Below, one piece after another: positions 30,070 through 39,289 of a DNA stretch of 64,000 nucleotides. The stretch comes from Eledone cirrhosa. Taxonomy: Eukaryota. The stretch covers positions 124,744,001 through 124,808,000 of the forward strand of contig OZ024741.1 in NCBI GenBank assembly GCA_964016885.1, written 5' to 3'. The position numbers were made by a program, and so were the translations under genes. Position 1 is the first letter of the stretch; every line of letters begins with the position of its first letter. The notes below the pieces were generated by a model. That model worked only from the letters and a program-made list of their open reading frames with translations, had not been told where the DNA came from and did not search any database.

Positions 30070-33000
30070 TTACAGATATATACTCAGAGTCGGCCCATTC
30101 ACTCGGGCCATTCTTGCTTCTCTCACCCATCTTTCAACAAAATGCTGGGAAGAGAGCACTTCCTTCTCTACTCTGATTTTCCTTTTCAAATGAAATTTGA
30201 AAAAGTCAATCAGAGCATCACCGAAGAGGTAAGTGCTCGTCTTCAGCCCTTTCAAACGTGTCCACCATACTATCTCTTTCGCCATGGCCACCAGACAGAT
30301 AAAAACTGCCTGCCCTTCCCGGCTAAAGGAGGAGGGCGGGGCAATCCTCACGATAGACTCAGATGATAGCTGGATCCGTCCTAAACGCGACAGCAGGTGT
30401 TCGACATAAACCCACAAGTCAGCAATTTTCGGACACTGGACGAGTGCGTGCAGGACGGTTTCGTCGCCCTGCGCGCATCTCGGACATGCCCGGCTGACGG
30501 CACCTCCATGCCTGTAGAGTTTATCCCGAACTGGCAAGGCTCCTCGGTAGCACTGCCAGGCCAGAGATTTCTGGAAGTTGTCCATAGGCCCTGGCCCGAA
30601 GGTTCTTCCGAAGAGATTGGCTAGTTGATTTTCGTCGACGCCTAGAGTTTCCCCAAGTACGTCGTCGCTCTTCCCCTCCACTAATCCTCTATAGAACGCC
30701 GAGGTGGAGTTTCCACCGATCACATTGCCCGATTGGTCGAGGGCTGTGAGCGCCTGAAGACATTCCAGTCTCCAGGCGCTCCCTCTCGGTCTTCGCTTGA
30801 CCCAGGACTGCAGCTCCGTCAAGGAAACGAGCTGGGGAAAAACGCGTCTAGCAAACGGCGACCACACCTGATCACCGTCGAGGAAGAGGTGGAGATGTCG
30901 TAGCCTGAGCGCGTGCCTGCGCATCATCAGCCACGGCATGCCCAGCCCTCCACGTAGCGGGTGTTGACAACAGATGGACCGCCTGACCATCGGAGCACGT
31001 CCCTTCCACAAAAAGCGAAAGAGCAAACGCTCCAGCGCAGTCAGGCGAGGCTTAGGACAAGGTACGACGGTTAGGCGGTAGCAGATGACAGACGCGATGT
31101 ACGCGTTAGCCACCTCCGCTCGACCTTTCAGGGATAGCTTCCTCTCCGCCCATTTCTGGGTGAGAGAAGCCACCCTGCTCGTCACCTCGTCCCAGTTTTT
31201 GTCCGTCTGGAGGTCCGGACCGAACCAGACCCCTAGCAATTTAACCGGTCCGTCCGTCCAGCGCCCGACGACGCTGTTGGACGGCATGGACCTGCCTCTC
31301 CAGGTGCCGAGCTGCAGGCCCACTGACTTTTCCTGGTTGATCATTGCTCCTGTCACCGCTTCGTATTCTCTTAGTGTAGTGCCGATCGCCTCGATGTGTT
31401 TGGCGTTCGACACCACTACGGTGACATCGTCCGCATATGCTGACACGGATCTTCCGCATCCTAGTTCGCGCGGGACTCCCCTCAACGTCTCCAGTTTGTG
31501 CAGTAATGGCTCGAGAGTCAATACGTACAAGAGGGACGAGAGGGGACATCCTTGGCGGACCGAGCGCATGATGTTGAACGGTTCCGACAGGTGACCGTTC
31601 ACTCTCACCACAGAGCAGATGTCGCTGTGCATGGCAGCGATCCAGCCTCTGAAGACGGGCCCAAAGCCAGCCGCCCTCAGGACTGCCGCTAGGTAACGAT
31701 GGTCGACCCTATCGAAAGCTTTCGACTGATCTAAATTGATCAAGGACCCACCCGTGCCAGGTTCCCTAGCTACCCTCTCTACGATGTATCGCATGAGGTG
31801 GAGGTTGTCGTGGATGGATCTGTCGGGAATGGCGCATGTCTGCGCCTCTCCCACCAGACCACCAACGACAAGCGCCAACCTCTTTGCTAGCACCTTGGCC
31901 AAAATCTTAAACTCTGTGTTTAGCAGAGTTATGGGCCGGAAATTGTCTATGTTATCCCCCTTGTTCGGATCCTTTCTCAGCAGTGCCACCGCTCCTCGGC
32001 TCACAGAACTGGGAATTCTCCCGTTCTGTTGCCAGTTGCAGTAGACGTCCGCCAAGAGGCCTCCGAACAAGTCTGGCATCTGTACGTAAAGTTCATAGGG
32101 CAGACCATCCAAACCAGGCGATTTACCCCTTGTGCAGCCAGTCATTGCCTCCCGTACTTCAGCGGCTGTTATCGGCTTTTCGCAACACCTCGCCTCAGTG
32201 GCCGAGAGCCGCGGCAGCCCGTCGAGGTAGACACTAAAGTCCATCCCTCTACCCGGCCCCCCGCTGCCCCCGAACAGCTGAGCGAAGTGTCGCTGAAAAG
32301 CTTCACACATTTGCCCGGGATCGAGTAGCATGCGCCCGTCGTGGTCCACCAAAGACCGGATCGTGGCTTTGTTGCCACGACGCGCCTCCGCCACTCGGGC
32401 CCATTGAACGGCTTTCGTCCCCTCGTGTCTGAGAGCACGCACCCTAGCTCTGACAACGCAGCCTTCGTGCTTTGCATTGAAGAATTGGTCAAGGGCCAAT
32501 TTCGCCGCAAGCACGTCGGTCGCAATGCCTTTGCTAAGCGCCTCGTCTAATTTTCTAACTAGTTCTCCCTCTGCTCTATTTTTCTCTATTGCTAAAGCCT
32601 TACTAAACCTAATCGATTCTATTCTAATCGCTCTTTTCAGAGCAAACCACCACTTGTTGTTGACGATGGCCCCCGTCAACGCCCGCTTAACTAGTTCGCT
32701 AATCCGGTCTCTGTAGGCTTTGCGCGCTGGTAAGGACGCGTTTAGCTTCCAGTAGTCGGGTCCTCGTCTATGAAGCCTATCTAAGTCAAGCACACAGATC
32801 ACGAATTTGTGGTCCGTGTAGCTGACTATCTTGAATTGTGGACAGCCTATGCTAGACCTATCTATTTCCCTACAAAATACTCTATCTAGATATGATCTGG
32901 ATGACCCTATGCGGTTTGTCCAAGTCCACATTGGCACATTCGGGAAATCCAATCGGTACCTGTCAGACAGTTCAAAACGCCTGAGCAGGTTGGTGAGGCT

Positions 33001-33489
33001 CTTGCACCCTCCACCCCTATCCGCTAATCCCACACAGTCCCAGCGTGCATCTAAGATCCCGTTCCAGTCGCCCACTAACACTAAAGAGCGCGACGTTCCA
33101 AGAAAGGTCTCCAGACGCCGGAAGAAATCAGGCCGCCCTGCTCCTGTCGGGGCATAGACGGCCACTAGCCTGAAAGCTTGCCCGTCTCCGCTGGTCACGT
33201 CCAGCACCACCAGCTTACCCTCTGGGTCCAGGAAGATGGCCCGTATGGCGAGATCCAAACCTCTCCGAAAAAGCACAGCAACTCCTCCACCCGATCCAGG
33301 ACGGCTGGGAGATGCGTACACATCGTAGCCGCCGAAGATCGGTGCGAAGGCCCGTGCTTCGGAGATTCTGGTCTCGCTGATGGCCACTACATCTATGTTT
33401 AGTGACCTGAGGTCGTTGAGCAGGTGACCCTGCTTCCATGACGACCCCAAGCCACGCGCATTTATGCTGCCTATTCTGAGTGAGGTCAT
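30070..33489 (-). CDS. ORF2 APE-RT-Zn finger, 1139 aa (E6)
   Basis: Same motifs; open frame. Confidence 0.97.
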   Translation of the reverse strand: MTSLRIGSINARGLGSSWKQGHLLNDLRSLNIDVVAISETRISEARAFAPIFGGYDVYASPSRPGSGGGVAVLFRRGLDLAIRAIFLDPEGKLVVLDVTSGDGQAFRLVAVYAPTGAGRPDFFRRLETFLGTSRSLVLVGDWNGILDARWDCVGLADRGGGCKSLTNLLRRFELSDRYRLDFPNVPMWTWTNRIGSSRSYLDRVFCREIDRSSIGCPQFKIVSYTDHKFVICVLDLDRLHRRGPDYWKLNASLPARKAYRDRISELVKRALTGAIVNNKWWFALKRAIRIESIRFSKALAIEKNRAEGELVRKLDEALSKGIATDVLAAKLALDQFFNAKHEGCVVRARVRALRHEGTKAVQWARVAEARRGNKATIRSLVDHDGRMLLDPGQMCEAFQRHFAQLFGGSGGPGRGMDFSVYLDGLPRLSATEARCCEKPITAAEVREAMTGCTRGKSPGLDGLPYELYVQMPDLFGGLLADVYCNWQQNGRIPSSVSRGAVALLRKDPNKGDNIDNFRPITLLNTEFKILAKVLAKRLALVVGGLVGEAQTCAIPDRSIHDNLHLMRYIVERVAREPGTGGSLINLDQSKAFDRVDHRYLAAVLRAAGFGPVFRGWIAAMHSDICSVVRVNGHLSEPFNIMRSVRQGCPLSSLLYVLTLEPLLHKLETLRGVPRELGCGRSVSAYADDVTVVVSNAKHIEAIGTTLREYEAVTGAMINQEKSVGLQLGTWRGRSMPSNSVVGRWTDGPVKLLGVWFGPDLQTDKNWDEVTSRVASLTQKWAERKLSLKGRAEVANAYIASVICYRLTVVPCPKPRLTALERLLFRFLWKGRAPMVRRSICCQHPLRGGLGMPWLMMRRHALRLRHLHLFLDGDQVWSPFARRVFPQLVSLTELQSWVKRRPRGSAWRLECLQALTALDQSGNVIGGNSTSAFYRGLVEGKSDDVLGETLGVDENQLANLFGRTFGPGPMDNFQKSLAWQCYRGALPVRDKLYRHGGAVSRACPRCAQGDETVLHALVQCPKIADLWVYVEHLLSRLGRIQLSSESIVRIAPPSSFSREGQAVFICLVAMAKEIVWWTRLKGLKTSTYLFGDALIDFFKFHLKRKIRVEKEVLSSQHFVERWVREARMARVNGPTLSIYL

Positions 33490-33524
33490 GTTTAAAATAG
33501 AGTGGAAAAGATGGGAAAGACCAC

Positions 33525-35621
33525 TTACCGTATTTTTGGTAGAGGAGGGATGGTTTTTACATCCCTTTTCACTTGATCGTCTGGTGAAGGGACCGTTGAA
33601 TCGTCCCTTCGGCTGGTCGTCGGCTCTTCTAAGAGAATGTCTGAATATACTCTTCGATTAATGGTTCCTCCTAGGTCCCTGAAATCACCAACTGCGTTGG
33701 GGAATTTCGTTTTAATGTTTGTGTATTGTTTCTGTGCTATTTTTAGCAGTCTTATGTTAGTTGGCGTTTTGATTGGTGCTGGTATTATGTAGTCCTGTTG
33801 TGAAATGTCTGTGTGTTCAATTATGTAAGTCATTAGTTTCTTGTTGTGTGTGTTTATTGCCGTGCATTTGTTTTTCTGGGGGTGGGGTGTGGTTCTGCTA
33901 TTTTCTTGTCGTTGTTGCTGGGTGTGTGTGTTTTGTTGTTGTGTTTGCGATGTTGGTGCTTGTGGTGGTGGTGTTGAAGGTGTTGTTGGCGGTGGGGTTG
34001 TCGCCGGTGGTGATGGTGGTGCTGGTGTGGGTGGTGATGGTGTTGGTGGTGTTGCTGCTGTGGGTCTCTTTGCAGTAGACTTTACCCTTTTCTCATTTCT
34101 TTCCTCCCTTTTCAAAGGCGACGATGCGCTGCTTCTGCGTTTGTGCCTTCTTGAGACCTTTTGCCATCCCTCTCCCACCTCACACTCCATGTCTGATTCT
34201 GTAAGGTCGGGGAGGGGTACCAGCTCCACTCTTTCACTTGTTGTTGTTGGTGATGTTTGCACTGGAGTCTCTGTTGCAGCTGCATTTGGTATTGCTGTTG
34301 TTGTTGTTAATATTTCCACTGCTGCTGCTGTCTTTGATTTCCGTGGAGTGGGTATGGGTGCCACGGACCTATCGTTCCTGGTTGCCGCTTGTCCTGTTGC
34401 TGGTAGCCGTGGAACCGGATTCGGGAGGAGGGGGGTTTTCTCCTTTCTCATGGTCTTCTCGTTGCAGAAGGCCCTGAGGTGAGTCTTCGATCCACAGCGA
34501 AAGCATTTCGGGCGTTTGCCCTCAACACTTATGGGCAGTTGAGTGCCGTTATCGAAGTCTATCACATCCGGGATAGCTTCGATGCACTCCTGGTTGGTTT
34601 GGATTAGCATCTCAATGGAGGAGCCGACCCAATCTTCTCTTACTTTTTTCTGTACTTGCAGTACAGTTGTTTTGTCCTCGATTCCGACGAGGACAGACGC
34701 GGCCAGCCAAGAAGGGGTCATTCCGGGGGGGACGTGGGTCAGTTTGACCCTCACAATTTTTTGCCCGCAGTAGGAGGGCACCAACACCATTTCCTCGCTC
34801 CTTAGGGTCACTACTGATTGGGCCTTTGCCTCCTGGGGTGTGGCAAAAAGTACGTCTACGGTGGCGTATTTTTTGCCTCGGGTGATGTGCGTTTTCCTCT
34901 GCCACACAGACCCCAAGGCTTTTTGTATTTGGGCCTCTGTGGCTCTTTCCACCCTACGGGATTTTGTACTTACTGTACGGTACGTGACCGTACAGTGCTC
35001 TTGGGTTTCGAAAAAATTTTTCGCTGCCTTGCAGATTGCTCGGTGTCCGTTCTTTGTCACCATCTTCTTCGCTTCCTCTAATTCCTCATTTGTTATGAGG
35101 ATTGTTTCCAGGTTTTTCGCAATACCTGCAAATGAGATTGGTTTTTCTCTGCTGTTGTTGTTGTCGTCAGAGCTGCTGGTACTTTTGTTGTTGCTGCAGG
35201 TACTACGACTACTGCCTCCGCCGCTGTTGCTGTGGTTGTTGTTGGTGTTGCTGCTGCTAATGCTGTTGTTGTTTATGCTGCTGGTGATGCTGTTGCGGCT
35301 GCTACTGTTGTTTTCATTGTCACTGTTGCTGTTGTTATTACGGCTGCTACTGCTATTATTCCTGACGTCAGACGAATGAACTGGGTTTTCGTATTTCCCG
35401 CACACCTGTTTCGTCGCTGTCGTCGTCGTCGTGGAGAAACCTTGCACGCTTTGCACGAGACTTTTCTTTTCTTTCGTCGCTTGCGAAAGAGAAGGTAGGG
35501 AGAGAGACACATTTAAAGAAGGGAGGGAGAGAGACAATCTTCTCTCTGCTGTAGTGATGATTGAGGAAGAAGAAGACGGAATGAGTGGGAGTGACGTATG
35601 AAATTTCTTTTTCGTAGCCAT
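33525..35621 (-). CDS. ORF1 with CCHC zinc knuckle, 698 aa (E6)
   Basis: Open frame with CX2CX4HX4C. Confidence 0.92.
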   Translation of the reverse strand: MATKKKFHTSLPLIPSSSSSIITTAERRLSLSLPSLNVSLSLPSLSQATKEKKSLVQSVQGFSTTTTTATKQVCGKYENPVHSSDVRNNSSSSRNNNSNSDNENNSSSRNSITSSINNNSISSSNTNNNHSNSGGGSSRSTCSNNKSTSSSDDNNNSREKPISFAGIAKNLETILITNEELEEAKKMVTKNGHRAICKAAKNFFETQEHCTVTYRTVSTKSRRVERATEAQIQKALGSVWQRKTHITRGKKYATVDVLFATPQEAKAQSVVTLRSEEMVLVPSYCGQKIVRVKLTHVPPGMTPSWLAASVLVGIEDKTTVLQVQKKVREDWVGSSIEMLIQTNQECIEAIPDVIDFDNGTQLPISVEGKRPKCFRCGSKTHLRAFCNEKTMRKEKTPLLPNPVPRLPATGQAATRNDRSVAPIPTPRKSKTAAAVEILTTTTAIPNAAATETPVQTSPTTTSERVELVPLPDLTESDMECEVGEGWQKVSRRHKRRSSASSPLKREERNEKRVKSTAKRPTAATPPTPSPPTPAPPSPPATTPPPTTPSTPPPQAPTSQTQQQNTHTQQQRQENSRTTPHPQKNKCTAINTHNKKLMTYIIEHTDISQQDYIIPAPIKTPTNIRLLKIAQKQYTNIKTKFPNAVGDFRDLGGTINRRVYSDILLEEPTTSRRDDSTVPSPDDQVKRDVKTIPPLPKIR

Positions 35622-35836
35622 GTTGTTTTTTGTTTAAAATGAAATTTTGGGTACAAAACCCCAATAACTGGTTATTTAACCCCGAAGGGCCAAATAACGG
35701 ACAGAAAGACCCCTCTCACGAGGAGGAGGGTGTCTTTATCAACAATTTGGTTCAAGTTTTAAACAATTTACAATTGTTTTAACGGTTAAAAATTACTATA
35801 CCTTACAGAGCCGAGCCTCCGTCAACCATGGCATTC

Positions 35837-35872
<36 letters not shown>

Positions 35873-35903
35873 AAAAAAAAGAAATATATATATATATACA
35901 TAT

Positions 35904-35936
<33 letters not shown>

Positions 35937-36090
35937 TACACATACACACACACATACATTAATAACAATAATAATAATAATAATAACAACAATAATGATA
36001 ACGAAAACAACAATAATAATATACATATACATATATATATACACACACACGCACACACATAAGCGTATCTACACACTCACACACACGATA
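35837..36090. repeat. Compound microsatellite flank, putative target site of the array
   Basis: (AAT)n, A-run, (TA)n, (CA)n, (AAT/AAC)n. Its first 21-160 bp recur in every spacer. Confidence 0.85.
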
Positions 36091-36094
36091 GCAA

Positions 36095-37200
36095 CTAGCA
36101 GCGCTGCGATCGAATGTGGCTTTTTAGCCCAGCCAATGGTCTAAAATCTCTTGCACAGAGTCGGCAACCAAAAGATTCACTGGGAATAGTCGGCTGTGGT
36201 TGGAGTTCGTGTACTTTTGCATGTCGCTTGAGCCCTCCTGCTGATTTACATTCTCTACCACATGTTTGGCAAGCATGATGAGTAGCAGCCTGGTAGTCAA
36301 CCACTGGTCTTACTTTATGAGTGCGAAGATGACTTTCGAGTCCAGCTTTGCTTAGGCAGAGTCTCGCACATACGCTGCATGTCAGCACCATAGGAGGACC
36401 CTCGCCGTCTGGAAGTGCAACAGCAGTGCCCTTCCTGACATCCCGCTTGACTTTCTCGTATGCGATTCGAGATGCCTCAAAGGCAACTTTTCCCTCATAT
36501 ACAGTCTTTCTCCATTTATTACGATCAGCAGCAATATTCTCCCATGTATCAGCAGAGATGTTAGCGTCTTTCAGAGAGGCTTTCAAGGAATCCTTATACC
36601 TCTTTTTTGGTTTATGTGGCGGTCGTTTTCCTTTAACCCACTCTCCATAAAAGAGTTGTTTTGGTATTCTAGAATCCTTCATCCTGGCAAGGTGACCACT
36701 CCAACGGAGTCGTTGCTTAAGCACAAGAGCTTCTATACTGTCACACATAGAGCTTTCCAAAATCTCGATATCACTGATGTGGTCCCTCCAGTGAACGCCA
36801 TGGATCCGTCTGAGACACATCTGATGGAAACGCTCCAATTGCTTAAGGTGGTGTCGATATGTGACCCAGGTCTCGCAGGCATAAAGAAGACAAGAGAGCA
36901 CACATGCCCTGTACACCTTTACCTTTGTCCTCCTGCATATGTCTCGCCGACCCCAGAGTCGCCTTTCTAGCTTTCCGAAAGCATCACTTGCTTTCCTAAT
37001 CCTAAGTGAGATTTCACTGTCAAGGTTGCTGTATCGATTGACAGTGCTTCCCACTAGACAAACTGATAACCACTCCAAGTCGTTTGCCATACACATAGAT
37101 GTTTGGTTCAGTGTACTGCTTACCAGGGGCAGGTTGGTACATGACGACGGTTTTCTTGAGACTGACAGTCAGACCTAGGGCAGTGCAAGCGTCAGAAAAT
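36095..37200 (-). mobile_element. 5'-truncated RTE-clade LINE fragment (late RT/thumb region plus C-terminal C2H2 fingers)
   Basis: GLTVSLKKT, RIRKASDAFGKL, LLYACETW, LRWSGHLARM and RIPKQLFYGE are typical of RTE/BovB-type ORFs. Frameshift near 37060. Three C-terminal C2H2-like fingers. Confidence 0.85.
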
Positions 37201-37201
37201 G

Positions 37202-37285
37202 CATACATACATACATACATACATACATACATACATACATACATACATACATACATACATACATACATACATACATACATACATA
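37202..37285. repeat. (CATA)n microsatellite
   Basis: Perfect tetranucleotide run. Confidence 0.95.
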
Positions 37286-39270
37286 CTAACTAACAAAATG
37301 ATTCTGGAAAAAACAACAAAGAATCGCAGAAACATGACTGTGGTGTGGCTGGACTATCAAAAAGCATTTGATAGTGTACCTCATGGGTGCATTATTAAGG
37401 CTTTACAGTTAGCTAAAGTCCCACAAGCATTGGTAGCTGCTGTTGAACGCCTGACCAAGAACTGGTACACCAATTTGATGCTTAGAGGTGAGAAGGAGCA
37501 AGTTAAGACTGATAAGATACATTACCAGAAAGGCATCTTTCAGGCTGATAGCTTGTCAGTGCTACTCTTCGTTCTCTCACTGAATCCATTATCTTACCTT
37601 ATCAAGAAACAAGGTGGACAAAGAAGTGGGCCCAGAAGTATCTCCCATCTTTTCTTTGTTGATGACCTGAAGTTGTATGGGCCAAATATCAATGACATTA
37701 AGAAACAATTGGACCTCATTACACAATTTCGAACCGACATCAAAATGAAATTTGGTGAGTCCAAGTGTGCATATTTGGCAGTAAAACGTGGAAGAGCTGT
37801 GCCCTCCTCTAAAAATCTAGAGATGAACGGCCTGACAATACAACCTCTACAGTCAGGTGACAACTACAGATATCTTGGACAGGATGAGAATGTCAGATAT
37901 GATGGACCCATAAATAAGGAGAGAACCAGAACTGAATACCTCAGAAGAGTGAAGAAAATATGGTCATCAGAACTGTCAGCGTACAACAAATACATTGCCC
38001 ACAATACTTATGCTGTGCCAATTCTAACGCCAACATTTGGCCTGCTGAACTGGTCATTGCAAGAACTAAGTGACATGGATGTTAGAACTCGAAAACTTCT
38101 CAGTGTTACTGGGAACCTTAACATCAATGGTGATGTGGATAGGCTATACTTCTCACGCAAGGAAGGTGGCCGGGGTCTAAAATCAATATTAACAACACAT
38201 GAGACCCGGATAGTAACACTGAAGCAACAACTTCAACAGAGGAAAAAGGTTGGCAACCATCTTGCCCAGGTTTATAAGCATGAAAAACAAATATCATTAG
38301 AATAGCGACTGATCTGGAGGAGAGATATGGAATAAAGCCTGATATAAATCTCTCACCCAGAGAAATCGGAAGATCCTATTCAATGTTCAAACAAGATAAC
38401 AAAATTGACCAATTTACAGAAAAAGTTGTGCATGGATAATTGAGGCGTAAAACACAGACCATAGAGGGGATAAACCACTCAAAAAGCCTGGCATAGAGTT
38501 CCGACAAGTTTATGACATCACACCTTGAGGGATATCTCTATGCAATACAGGAACAAGAACTCCCTACCAAATATATGCTGCACAAAAGAGGAGGGCCAGC
38601 AGCTGACAATAAATGTAGGCTATGCAAAACAAAGATCGAGGATGTAAGCCACATTGTTGCCAGCTGCGAAAGAATGTCATCTCGCTACTACCTCCCCATG
38701 AGACACGATGGGATACCTAGAACCATCTGGAACGCACTTCGGAAAACAAAATTAATAACAAACGAGGAAGAATATATTGAGACAGATGGCACTAAGGAAT
38801 ACTGGTGGAACCTGAAAATAAAAACTGCCACCAAATTAAAGCACAACCGGCCTGATATTGTTGTTTGGGACCACACATTGAAAATGTGTTCTGTTGTGGA
38901 GATCAGCTGCCCACTTGATGTAAACGTTGTCAGAAAAATACAGGAGAAGGAGGACATCTACGGACCATTGATGAGGAGTTTACAAATTCAGTATCCAAGA
39001 TACACATTTAGCTTCATACCCATCATTATTGGAGCTACGGGTTATATACCAACCCGCTTGGACCAAAGTATGACTGAACTTGGATTTGCGGACAAAAAGC
39101 GCAGCTCCCTAATTCATAGTCTACAAATGGCTGCGATAGCTGGCACCTTCAAAATTTGCAAAACATTCTTGCGATTCAAGGTATGACAATTTCTTTTCTT
39201 TTACAACCTTGCCACCAGGAAGGTGGCCGGTCAAAAAAATATACTCGAAATTAACAGAAAGAGATAACAT
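37286..39270 (+). mobile_element. 5'-truncated, decayed R4/Dong-like non-LTR element A (RT + restriction-like endonuclease)
   Basis: WLDYQKAFDSVPH, GIFQADSLS, FVDDLKL, GGRGL, then CRLC-X8-H-X4-C, RHD, NRPDIVV and EISCP (RLE). Frameshift/stops between 38305 and 38512. Confidence 0.88.
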
Positions 39271-39289
39271 ACATACATACATATACAAA

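Larger units (their letters stand above)
29807..35836 (-). mobile_element. L1/Tx1-like retrotransposon copy E6 (full length, intact, outermost 5' copy)
   Basis: Two intact ORFs; its 5' end abuts non-array flank. Confidence 0.96.

Noticed and set aside
423-35498. Numerous plus-strand and alternate-frame ORFs (60-213 aa) in the array
   Set aside because: Antisense or shadow frames of ORF1/ORF2 and low-complexity codon repeats. They recur only because the unit is repeated.
1-35836. Telomeric retrotransposon array (HeT-A/TART or SART/TRAS-like)
   Set aside because: No telomeric repeats are present. The 5' ends face the ordinary genomic flank, opposite to Drosophila HTT polarity if position 1 were distal. 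The chromosome end is not visible.
11172-35996. True CRISPR array
   Set aside because: Eukaryotic context, no cas genes, and the units are 6-kb retroelements. Any resemblance is only a mechanistic analogy.
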